A DNA stretch of 52,068 nt from an uncultured Candidatus Saccharibacteria bacterium (GCA_964436175.1 CAYTBX010000003.1:1-52068); one strand, 5' to 3'; counted from the first letter of the stretch, positions 18,589-26,241 are shown. Notes: generated from the letters alone by a model not told the origin. Made by a program: numbers and translations.

Positions 18589-19698
18589 TCAATTTTTAGT
18601 TTTAATAATTATTCTGGAAAATGGGCATCTCGTCTTACCGCTACTCGTTACAGAGATATCTGTTCTGCCACGATAATTTTTTGCAACCCCTAAAGCTTTT
18701 CCTAAGTCACCAAATGGAATACCTATGAGCTCAAACTGCTCTGGATTGTATTTATCGAGAAAAGTATCAGGTACACCCATTGCCCCTTTATAATCCAACG
18801 GAATCTCTGCAACCCTACGTACTTCAATTGCATCGTAATTGTCATATTTAAGATACTCTTCTGGGGAGTATTTTTTATATAGCGTAAGTTTCTCGTGCCG
18901 TTTGGTTGTATCAAGATTTGTAAACCAACTTGTATTTCCCATCGGCATATACTTTTTTCCGTCTATCACCATAACGCTTTTCCCATCAAAATTATCAGGA
19001 ACTAAATATTTTTTGGGGCCATTATTATATCCAAGCCAAAGTTTATTTTTTTGTATTAATGGAAAAATCTCTTTGTAATGCATTGCGTTATTTGTCCCAA
19101 TAATCAAAAACTTTTTGTCGTATTCAATAAGTTGAGCAACATATTCACGGAATAATGAAAACGGAGGATTTGTAACTACAATATCTGCCTGCTTCAATAA
19201 TTCTATGCTTTCTTTACTCCTGAAGTCTCCTTCGTCATCAAGTGATGCCCATTCATTGTTTTTATTCGCCTTGAGTTGCTTGGCAATATCAGATAAATCA
19301 AAAGCCCCGTCGTTATTAATATCTCCAACCTCATTAATAATAAACTTATTAGCCGTTGTTTTTGGACGACCCTTTGGTTTTATTGGCTTTTTCACAACCT
19401 TATCTTCATAACCGAGAAGGAGGGAGGGCTGTAGTACAAGTTCTGTATTAGCAATCGGAGATGGCTTATAACTCGTGGCAATGAGTCTTTTTAATCTAAG
19501 TGAGTTAAAATTGGCGGCAAAATATTTAAAAAAGTTGCTCTCAAACGGATCGTCGCAGTTGCAATATACGACTTTGCCACGAAACTGCTCTTTGTAGTAT
19601 TTCAATTCTTTTTCAATATCAACGAGCTGGGTATAAAACTCATCATTTTTAAGAACGCTTGCTTTATGCAAACTTTTATTTGAAGACTTTTTTTCCAT
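18589..19698 (-). CDS. N6-adenine DNA methyltransferase (NPPF motif; EcoRI-methylase-like family by recollection)
   Basis: Motif IV VVTNPPFSLFREY. N-terminal DEFYTQLVDIEKEL...GKVVYCNCDDPFESNFFKYF block. AT-rich (about 37% GC in a hand-counted 60-nt sample). Confidence 0.7.
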   Translation of the reverse strand: MEKKSSNKSLHKASVLKNDEFYTQLVDIEKELKYYKEQFRGKVVYCNCDDPFESNFFKYFAANFNSLRLKRLIATSYKPSPIANTELVLQPSLLLGYEDKVVKKPIKPKGRPKTTANKFIINEVGDINNDGAFDLSDIAKQLKANKNNEWASLDDEGDFRSKESIELLKQADIVVTNPPFSLFREYVAQLIEYDKKFLIIGTNNAMHYKEIFPLIQKNKLWLGYNNGPKKYLVPDNFDGKSVMVIDGKKYMPMGNTSWFTNLDTTKRHEKLTLYKKYSPEEYLKYDNYDAIEVRRVAEIPLDYKGAMGVPDTFLDKYNPEQFELIGIPFGDLGKALGVAKNYRGRTDISVTSSGKTRCPFSRIIIKTKN

Positions 19699-19711
19699 AA
19701 AATTATTTTTG

Positions 19712-19960
19712 CGGAGGCGGGAGGATTCGAACCTCCGATACCTTTAACGATAATTGTAAACACTTTTCCCATGCAGAGCGGAGACGGTGAGATTCGAACT
19801 CACGGTGCCCTTTCAAGCACAACACTTTTCAAGAGTGCCGCCTTAAACCACTCAGCCACGTCTCCGCTCTGCACAGGATTGCGATTTACGAATGTTTCTA
19901 AAAAGAAACATGGCAAATCGGGAACAATACCACTGCCTTCAGCCACTCAGCCACGCCTCC
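19712..19960 (-). ncRNA. Split or interrupted class-II tRNA-like locus enclosing tRNA-Ser(UGA)
   Basis: A 5' half (GGAGGCG-TG-GCTGAGTGGCTGAAGGC...) at 19960-~19925. A 3' half (T-arm GGAGG-TTCGAAT-CCTCC plus acceptor CGCCTCC-G) at ~19745-19712. The acceptor strands are perfectly complementary (7/7), but no canonical anticodon arm can be formed. Confidence 0.4.
19779..19865 (-). tRNA. tRNA-Ser(UGA)
   Basis: Folded by hand: GGAGACG/CGTCTCC acceptor, anticodon arm GCACT-CTTGAAA-AGTGT, long variable arm, T-arm GTGAG-TTCGAAT-CTCAC, discriminator G. Length 87 nt. Confidence 0.85.
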
Positions 19961-19963
19961 GTA

Positions 19964-19989
19964 TTTTTAACTAATCACTAAAAACTAAC
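19964..19989. repeat. 26-nt intergenic repeat, copy B
   Basis: Identical to 5532-5557. Confidence 0.9.
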
Positions 19990-20006
19990 AACTATAAACT
20001 TCGTCG

Positions 20007-21239
20007 CTACCGAACGTCCTGCACCGTGATGGTGAAGGTCTGCACGCTTTCGCATTGGCCGTTGTAGATTGCCACGCGCACGGGGTAGGTTCCGCTTTGG
20101 TTGAAGCTCGGCACCCAGCGCATGTAGCCGGTGCGCGCGTCTACTGACAAGCCTATGGGCCCGTCAACGATGCGGAACGACGTCTGGTTGTTATTGCCGC
20201 TCGAAGCGAGGATTTGGTACGAGAACAAATCCCCTTCGCGCACAGCTGATGACGGCGAAAACCCGTAGAGGTAGGGGCCGGGGCCTGCAGAGCAGGTGGT
20301 GTACGGCAACTGACCGGCCTGATCGAGCACGTAGATTACCGCGCTCGTTTCCGCATACATCTGGCTCGACTGCGATACGCGGAAATTCACCACGTACTTC
20401 CCTACCTGCAGGCGCGTGGGCGTCCATACGAAGGTGCGGGTATTAGTATCGAAAACTGCCCCCTGCGGCTCGCCCACGGACGAATAGCGCAAGAAATCTC
20501 CCTCGCGGTCGTACCCCTGCACTTGGAAGCGGAGCGTTTCGCCCACGCGTACTACCTGCTCGCGAATAGGATACATAACAGGCGTAGAATCAACGGGCGT
20601 TATCTGGCGCTGGCCGTTGTATTGGTTGTAGTAGTCGTAACCGTAATACGCGCCGCCGCCGTAATTGTACGGATTGTACGCAGGCACTGCCTGCGCGGCG
20701 TTTACCGTTATCGTAACCGCCATATCGCTTGAACCCACGCGGTCCGTCGCGCGGAAGTTAACCGTAAAGTAGCCCGTGTGCGCGGCAGTAGGCATCCACG
20801 AGAACGTGCGGTTCGTAGCATTAAACGCCGCACCCGGAGGCAGATTAGTAGCCGTATACGTTATGGCGCCGCCATAGCTGTTAGTGGCGTTTACCGTAAA
20901 CTGCAGCAAGTTACCCACGCGTACGGATTGCGACGGGGTCTGTTGGAACTGCGGCGGGTAGGTAGGCTGCTGATAGCCACCATAACCATAACCGCCATAG
21001 TTGTACCCGTAGCCGGCATTGCCGCCGGAAACGAATCCCCACGGCCACGAAAAACCGAGTCCGGTGTTAGAACCGTAAACGAAGCCGGTATAGTCGATAC
21101 CCGAGCCTGGGCCGTACCACTCAAACGCCTGTGCCTGTGGGGCACCTACTGCAAGCACAGCAAAAGCGAGTATGAAAATACCCCGTGTTGCAAATTCGAC
21201 TACTTGGACGATCTTCGAAGTATCGGGCTTGGAGTGCAT
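20007..21239 (-). CDS. Secreted Gly/Tyr-rich protein with three Ig-like (He_PIG-type) domains
   Basis: Signal peptide ...ILAFAVLAVGAPQAQA. GYGYNYGGYGYGGYQQPTYPPQFQQ low-complexity region. Repeated ...TYTATNLPPGAAFNATNRTFSWMPT... Ig-like modules. The C-terminal module is paralogous to one in the next gene. Confidence 0.7.
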   Translation of the reverse strand: MHSKPDTSKIVQVVEFATRGIFILAFAVLAVGAPQAQAFEWYGPGSGIDYTGFVYGSNTGLGFSWPWGFVSGGNAGYGYNYGGYGYGGYQQPTYPPQFQQTPSQSVRVGNLLQFTVNATNSYGGAITYTATNLPPGAAFNATNRTFSWMPTAAHTGYFTVNFRATDRVGSSDMAVTITVNAAQAVPAYNPYNYGGGAYYGYDYYNQYNGQRQITPVDSTPVMYPIREQVVRVGETLRFQVQGYDREGDFLRYSSVGEPQGAVFDTNTRTFVWTPTRLQVGKYVVNFRVSQSSQMYAETSAVIYVLDQAGQLPYTTCSAGPGPYLYGFSPSSAVREGDLFSYQILASSGNNNQTSFRIVDGPIGLSVDARTGYMRWVPSFNQSGTYPVRVAIYNGQCESVQTFTITVQDVR

Positions 21240-21303
21240 CTGTTTATCTAATGAATCGTTTCATGCATCGTAGCAAAATAATCGAATTTGCAACACGGGG
21301 TAT
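21178..21303. repeat. Perfect 22-nt inverted repeat pair bracketing the start codon of the 20007-21239 gene
   Basis: ATACCCCGTGTTGCAAATTCGA (21178-21199) and TCGAATTTGCAACACGGGGTAT (21282-21303). The 82-nt spacer contains the ATG at 21237-21239. Confidence 0.9.
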
Positions 21304-21340
21304 ATTTCAATTGCTCTCATAAAGAGGCTTTTTGTTTAGC

Positions 21341-22753
21341 TTATATGGCTATCGTCATCGAGCGAGTACGCTGGTACGCGCGGACAACCATGATGGCGAG
21401 AATAAGGATTACGGCGAGCAAGAGCCACGGGCTGTAGAGCAATGCGAGCAGTGCGCCGAAGAGTCCGGCGAATGCCGCGGAAAACGCGGAGCCGATACCG
21501 GAACCGTTAGAACCGACGCCGGAATTCGGCATAGTCGGCTCCGTAGCGGCGACTGCTGCCGGAGCGTCCGGCGGGCATACGCCATACTTCGGCGTAATGG
21601 GCTTTACGGGAGCCTCTGCCGTGCACGTGGTCGTGACGGTGGTCTTCGTGGTCACGCAGGTCTTCACGACCGGCGCGCACGTGTTAGTACACGCGCAACC
21701 GCATACGGGCTTCGGCGGAGTTACCGGCGGCACGGGGTTCATATCCCGCACCGTTATATAGAAGGTCTGCGAGTTTTCGCAGCTGCCATTATACGCGGCG
21801 ACAGTCACCATGTAGGAAGTCGAGCGACCCTGATTGAACGCAGGTGTCCACGCAACTTGGCCGTTGGGCATGACTATCAAGCCGTCCGGACCGTTAACCA
21901 AGCGGTAGCTGATCTGGTTGGAATACGATCCCGTAGAAATGGACTGCAAGTTGTACGTCCAGAGCTGGCCTTCAGCAGCCGCAAGCGGCGGGTTGAAGTT
22001 AGAGAAGCGGATACTGCATACAAGCGGCGGTTGGATTACAACCGGCGGTGGGTAATATACCGGCGGGTTATAGGTAGGCGGCGTGTAAATCGGCGGCAAG
22101 TAAGAAGGCGGGTTATAGGTAGGAGGTACGTAGACCGGCGGCAAATAGGTCGGCGGTTGATACACCGGCGGTACGTAGACTGGAGGAAGCGTTACCGGCG
22201 GTTGCGGACGAGGCGGAACATAGATAGGCGGCAAGAAGTTTGTGCCACCACCATAGTAACCACCAAAGCCACCCCAGCCACTGAAGCCACCGCCACAGGA
22301 CGATCCGCAGCCAATAGAGGAATACGAAAATCCGCCATAGCACGAGCTACCGCAGCCGGAATCATACGAAGAATAGCTCGAGCCGTACGTCGAACCGCAG
22401 TTCAAACCACAGCCATCGGCGTTGTAGCCATAGTAACTGCCGTCGTAGAGATTTAAATTGGAATCACTGTAGCCGGAGTCGAAACCACCGCCATAGGAAC
22501 CATAACCGGAATCAAAGCCGGAACCGTAGGAAGTGTATCCAGAATCAAAACCACTACCATAGGAGCTATATCCCGAGTCGAAGCCGCTGCTATAGCCGGA
22601 GTCGAAACCACCGCCGTAGCCAGAATCGAAGCCGCCGCTGTAACCGGAGTCAAAGCCGCCGTAATAATCCTGCGCGGATGCGGAGTTAAACGCAAAAAGC
22701 CCCGTAGCGAGCACTACAGCCGAAAACGCGCTTAAAATGTAGGTTTTCTTCAT
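21341..22753 (-). CDS. Membrane-anchored surface protein with GFDSGY repeats, PPxY repeats, an Ig-like domain and a C-terminal TM anchor
   Basis: Signal peptide, tandem GFDSGY(S/G) units, Cys/Gly/Ser region, PP(V/T/I)Y pentapeptide array, He_PIG-like domain, Cys/Thr-rich stalk, C-terminal hydrophobic anchor followed by RAYQRTR. Confidence 0.7.
   Translation of the reverse strand: MKKTYILSAFSAVVLATGLFAFNSASAQDYYGGFDSGYSGGFDSGYGGGFDSGYSSGFDSGYSSYGSGFDSGYTSYGSGFDSGYGSYGGGFDSGYSDSNLNLYDGSYYGYNADGCGLNCGSTYGSSYSSYDSGCGSSCYGGFSYSSIGCGSSCGGGFSGWGGFGGYYGGGTNFLPPIYVPPRPQPPVTLPPVYVPPVYQPPTYLPPVYVPPTYNPPSYLPPIYTPPTYNPPVYYPPPVVIQPPLVCSIRFSNFNPPLAAAEGQLWTYNLQSISTGSYSNQISYRLVNGPDGLIVMPNGQVAWTPAFNQGRSTSYMVTVAAYNGSCENSQTFYITVRDMNPVPPVTPPKPVCGCACTNTCAPVVKTCVTTKTTVTTTCTAEAPVKPITPKYGVCPPDAPAAVAATEPTMPNSGVGSNGSGIGSAFSAAFAGLFGALLALLYSPWLLLAVILILAIMVVRAYQRTRSMTIAI
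22025..22231 (-). repeat. Coding tandem repeat (about 15-nt period) encoding the PP(V/T/I)Yx array
   Basis: Translates to PPIYVPPRPQPPVTLPPVYVPPVYQPPTYLPPVYVPPTYNPPSYLPPIYTPPTYNPPVYYPPP. Confidence 0.8.
22466..22660 (-). repeat. Coding tandem repeat (24-33-nt period) encoding GFDSGY units
   Basis: Translates to GGFDSGYSGGFDSGYGGGFDSGYSSGFDSGYSSYGSGFDSGYTSYGSGFDSGYGSYGGGFDSGY. Confidence 0.8.
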
Positions 22754-22888
22754 ATCTTTAGGATGGTTGTTATAATACCAGAGTGGTATTCAAAAGTCAA
22801 GCTCTATAGTAGATAACGACAAATACGCCCGTATAGTACGAGCCATGCCGAAAACGGTCAATATATATTACAAAAACGCCAAAAATGG

Positions 22889-24082
22889 CTAAATCCCTAT
22901 ATCGCGCGGTAAGAAGATATTAAGCGTCCAGTCGATCATAACTTTTACCTTATTACGAAAACCGATAACTTTAGAAAGATACGTTGTACGCCACAACCAC
23001 CACGCGAAGTGGCCAAAGAAACGCCACCCGCCGATTTCTGCGCCCGCGAACCATTGCCCGAGCGAGAACATATCGCCCTTGTGCCAGTAGTTAAAAATTT
23101 TCATAGGCTCGCGCTCCATATCGCGGGCGATATTGTCCCCCGAGGCGCGACCCATCGCTACCGCCGCCTGCGCCGTCATTGGCACGCCGTCTAATGCCGC
23201 CGCATCCCCCACTATGAAAACGCGTGGGTCGTTTTTTAAGTATAGCGATTCAGTTACGAGTAGGCGCCCCTTTGCATCGGTCTCCGCCGCAGGAGAAAAC
23301 GGAACGGGGCTCGCCTTTACGCCCGCTGCCCATATAACGACGTTTGCCGGAAGCCGCCGGCCGCTTGCAAGAACTATCTCAGCTGCATCAACACCGACGA
23401 CCGTATCGTTTGCGACGATTTCGACGCCTCGCTTTTTAAGAACCGATGCCGCGTTATCACCCAACTGCGGACTAAAATTTGGCAATAAGCGGTTACCGCC
23501 ATGCACGAGTGTTAAAGCATGCGGCGCTTTGAGTATACGGAACGTCTTCATAAGCTCTTCTATATACTCATGCGCCTCAGATGCGACTTCGACTCCCGTC
23601 GGCCCCCCGCCCACTACCACCACGTGCGGCATTTCGCCTTGCTTGAATAATCCCACAAGCCGCGCTTTGATAGCACGCGCGTCCGCCAAGGTCTTTAACG
23701 GCAGTACGCGCTTTTGCGCGGCTTCTGGCAACCCGAAGAAGTTAGTGCCGGCGCCGAGCGCATACACGAGATAGTCGTATTCGAATTCCCCTACGGTAGT
23801 CCGTACGGACCGCGCCGCCGTATCGATTTTTTCCACCCGCGCCTTCGTAAAGTCGAGGCAGCACGGCGCCATAGAATAAATATTGAAAGCGACGTTTTCT
23901 TGCGAAACGCCGCCCGTCGCCACTTCGTGCAAGAGCGGCGTGAAAAGGAAGTAGTCTGTAGCGGAGATAAGGCGCAAGGAAACGGACGGATCCTTATGGT
24001 ACCGCTTATGCAACTCAAAAAAAGCGTAGATACCCGCGAAGCCGGCCCCGAGGATGAGGATTTTTTTAGGGACTCTAGCCAT
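22889..24082 (-). CDS. ndh: Type II NADH dehydrogenase (NDH-2) / FAD-dependent pyridine nucleotide-disulfide oxidoreductase
   Basis: Rossmann motif KKILILGAGFAG right at the chosen ATG (24082) and a second VVVVGGGPTGVE. The 171-aa N-terminal extension in the track ORF is antisense to a membrane-protein gene. Confidence 0.8.
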   Translation of the reverse strand: MARVPKKILILGAGFAGIYAFFELHKRYHKDPSVSLRLISATDYFLFTPLLHEVATGGVSQENVAFNIYSMAPCCLDFTKARVEKIDTAARSVRTTVGEFEYDYLVYALGAGTNFFGLPEAAQKRVLPLKTLADARAIKARLVGLFKQGEMPHVVVVGGGPTGVEVASEAHEYIEELMKTFRILKAPHALTLVHGGNRLLPNFSPQLGDNAASVLKKRGVEIVANDTVVGVDAAEIVLASGRRLPANVVIWAAGVKASPVPFSPAAETDAKGRLLVTESLYLKNDPRVFIVGDAAALDGVPMTAQAAVAMGRASGDNIARDMEREPMKIFNYWHKGDMFSLGQWFAGAEIGGWRFFGHFAWWLWRTTYLSKVIGFRNKVKVMIDWTLNIFLPRDIGI

Positions 24083-24089
24083 TGCTACT

Positions 24090-24674
24090 ATGATATCATC
24101 TTTCCATATGCCTTCCACGGAATTTTTCTTAAGCATTAAGACTTTTTCTACCGTACTACACGTACTTGCCGCGGTATGCGCCATGGGCGCCGCGTTTTCC
24201 GCGGACATCCTTTTCCATTTTTTTACCGCCGACCGGAAGCTTTCGCAGGCGGAAGTACGCACACTCTCAATCCTCTCACGCACCGTCTGGTACGGGCTTT
24301 TAGCTCTTACCGTAACGGGCGCTGGCATATTCCTTTCCGACCCCGCAGGATACCTCGCATCCGCAAAGTTCCTTGCGAAGATGACGGTTATGGTTATCCT
24401 CGTTTTAAACGGCGTTATACTCGACCGGTACGTCCAGACTCGCCTCTTAGGCAAGGGCTTCTTCACTGCTCCGCAACAGGCGTTCGCGCGAAGAGTAGCG
24501 TTTATATGCGGCACGGTTTCCGTCGTTTCGTGGATATCAATACTCGCGCTCGGCGTAATCGATGGCGTAACTTCATCATACGCCTCGATACTCACGCTTT
24601 ATGCCGGAATCCTCGGCGCACTTATCCTCGCCTCGCTTGTAGTCGAGCGGCTTTGGTTCGAACCAAAGCGCTAG
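24090..24674 (+). CDS. Integral membrane protein (4-5 TM helices), function unknown
   Basis: Several long hydrophobic segments. Start is uncertain (ATG at 24054, 24090 or 24108). Divergent from ndh. Confidence 0.55.
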   Translation: MISSFHMPSTEFFLSIKTFSTVLHVLAAVCAMGAAFSADILFHFFTADRKLSQAEVRTLSILSRTVWYGLLALTVTGAGIFLSDPAGYLASAKFLAKMTVMVILVLNGVILDRYVQTRLLGKGFFTAPQQAFARRVAFICGTVSVVSWISILALGVIDGVTSSYASILTLYAGILGALILASLVVERLWFEPKR

Positions 24675-24695
24675 CTGAATACGGTATTTATTTTG

Positions 24696-24776
24696 TGCCC
24701 GGGAAGAGACTCGAACTCTTATGCCTTGCGGCGCGCGATTTTGAGTCGCGTACGTCTGCCATTCCGTCACCCGGGC
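24696..24776 (-). tRNA. tRNA-Leu(CAA)
   Basis: GCCCGGG/CCCGGGC acceptor, anticodon arm CGCGA-CTCAAAA-TCGCG, long variable arm, T-arm AAGAG-TTCGAGT-CTCTT. Length 81 nt. Confidence 0.9.
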
Positions 24777-24810
24777 TATTAACGATAAGGATCTTCCCTT
24801 TTAATCCCTG

Positions 24811-24882
24811 TGTCCCCGAGAGGAATTGAACCTCTATCAAGAGATTAGGAACCTCTCGTTCTATCCGTTGAACTACGGGGAC
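24811..24882 (-). tRNA. tRNA-Arg(CCU)
   Basis: GTCCCCG/CGGGGAC acceptor, anticodon arm AGAGG-TTCCTAA-TCTCT, T-arm AGAGG-TTCAATT-CCTCT. Length 72 nt. Confidence 0.9.
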
Positions 24883-25505
24883 TTCATCAATAAGCCTATG
24901 GATTCTATAATACTTTTGATTTTTTTCAAATAAAGCCCTCCTTTTGCAACACGGACCCTGCACATACCATACGTAAACTTTCCATCGCTCTTTCCTCGTA
25001 ATACTTCGATATACGTAATCCTGCCCTCCTCCACTTCCAATAAATGAGCCCAATATCTTATCACAGTCGCCCTATCTATATCTTCATAAGTCCTCAAGCT
25101 AATACGGAGATTCTCTTTTGGCACCCCTAAAACTTCTAAAAATGAAACGAATGTGCGGACTAGCACTGGATCGGTGTTAATGAGGTTAAAATCTTTTTTT
25201 GTTCCCTCCGCCCAGTACAAGCAAGCTCCTACGATTATCTTTTCTTTTTTTGAAAGATCAGCAAGAAGCTTTTTCGCATACAAGCGGGCCTCCTGCCAAT
25301 GTGCCAAAGACGTTTTTCTGGCGCCGATCTGCTTGGCATCCCAAATTCCGCGATAGGCAGGTAAAATTTCGACTCCATTAATATATTTAAAAATAAGCGA
25401 CTTACTTTTACCGACGTCCTTTTTAATCTCGTTAATACTAAGGCCTTTTTTTCTGAGAGCGACGATCTTATTTATTATTTCCGAGTCTGTTGTTTTTCCC
25501 CGCAT
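24873..25505 (-). CDS. HTH plus LAGLIDADG-like putative homing endonuclease (free-standing)
   Basis: N-terminal resolvase-type HTH (GLSINEIKKDVGKSKSLIFKYI). Core GACLYWAEGTKKD...LINTDPVLVRTFVSFLEVLG resembles single-motif LAGLIDADG enzymes. AT-rich. The stop codon lies inside tRNA-Arg. Confidence 0.4.
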   Translation of the reverse strand: MRGKTTDSEIINKIVALRKKGLSINEIKKDVGKSKSLIFKYINGVEILPAYRGIWDAKQIGARKTSLAHWQEARLYAKKLLADLSKKEKIIVGACLYWAEGTKKDFNLINTDPVLVRTFVSFLEVLGVPKENLRISLRTYEDIDRATVIRYWAHLLEVEEGRITYIEVLRGKSDGKFTYGMCRVRVAKGGLYLKKIKSIIESIGLLMKSP

Positions 25506-25600
25506 GCATTAAGTATAGTAAGAACTCTTTTCCTTTTCAAGGAAATATAGTAAGTTCTTAATTATACAACCGGAAAAAAAGACAGTACTATAAAAATCTT

Positions 25601-25671
25601 GGGCCTATAGTTCAATGGCAGAATACGACTATGGCATAGTCGGGGCAGGAGTTCGATTCTCCTTAGGTCCA
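25601..25671 (+). tRNA. tRNA-Ala(GGC)
   Basis: GGGCCTA/TAGGTCC acceptor with G3:U70, anticodon arm CGACT-ATGGCAT-AGTCG, T-arm AGGAG-TTCGATT-CTCCT. Confidence 0.9.
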
Positions 25672-25686
25672 CCGCGTAAAGAAAAA

Positions 25687-25720
25687 CAAAAGGACGGCTG
25701 ATATCCGTCCTTTTGTTTTT
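25687..25720. terminator. Bidirectional intrinsic terminator
   Basis: CAAAAGGACGG-CTGATAT-CCGTCCTTTTG followed by TTTTT. Confidence 0.75.
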
Positions 25721-25736
25721 CCACGCGGCTACGCCA

Positions 25737-26165
25737 CTATCTAAACCGCACCGGGATCTCTACCGAGGCGTCGTGTTCCGGCAGGCCGGATGGATTGTCT
25801 TTTTTGAACACCACGAAGCCCGTGTCCGTAGCGGGCGGGGTAAAATCGAGCGTTGCTAAAAACGACACGAAGTTTTCCGTCATCCACTCCCCTTGCGCTT
25901 GTGCGGGAGTAATAGCTACCTGGTTACGATTCGCATCCAAAATTTCCACAGGGAACGACGCTTCGAAATACCACCTGCCGCGCGCCTCGCCCATTACCGT
26001 GAGCGGGCTCGTTATGAGGCTGCCCGCAACGGGGGCCGTTACGCGAATAAGGTCAGCGTGCGGTACTACCACCACGGGCGCCGGACCCTGCGCTTTTTTC
26101 CACATAAAGAAGCTACCGCCCGCAACGACGACGACTGCAATAATCCACACAATAAGTTTGTTCAT
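25737..26165 (-). CDS. Gmad2-type immunoglobulin-like domain protein (membrane-anchored)
   Basis: TM anchor LIVWIIAVVVVAGGSFF, then ...VMGEARGRWYFEASFPVEILDANRNQV...GEWMTENFVSFLATLDF, typical of the Gmad2/GerMN-associated Ig-like domain. ATG at 26165; the track start at 26198 is a TTG. Confidence 0.6.
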   Translation of the reverse strand: MNKLIVWIIAVVVVAGGSFFMWKKAQGPAPVVVVPHADLIRVTAPVAGSLITSPLTVMGEARGRWYFEASFPVEILDANRNQVAITPAQAQGEWMTENFVSFLATLDFTPPATDTGFVVFKKDNPSGLPEHDASVEIPVRFR

Positions 26166-26241
26166 AGTACTGGATATTGTATACTTATTAGATAGCAAAG
26201 GTCGAATTGCACGTATCGATACATCAACTACCTATACAATC

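Noticed and set aside
21332-22456. 374-aa plus-strand ORF, extremely Arg-rich
   Set aside because: It is the antisense shadow of the repeat-rich 21341-22753 gene. Its composition (runs of RR, RRV, IGRR) mirrors the Pro/Tyr/Gly codons on the other strand, and it has no start context.
22025-22660. Periodic DNA repeats that could be mistaken for a CRISPR array or satellite
   Set aside because: The repeats are in frame within a long ORF and encode GFDSGY and PPxY peptide units. There is no repeat-spacer architecture. No CRISPR array was seen anywhere in the window.
24083-24595. 171-aa N-terminal extension of the NDH-2 ORF (track ORF 22889-24595)
   Set aside because: The Rossmann GxGxxG motif of NDH-2 starts right at the internal ATG 24082. 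The extension is antisense to a plausible polytopic membrane-protein gene on the plus strand.
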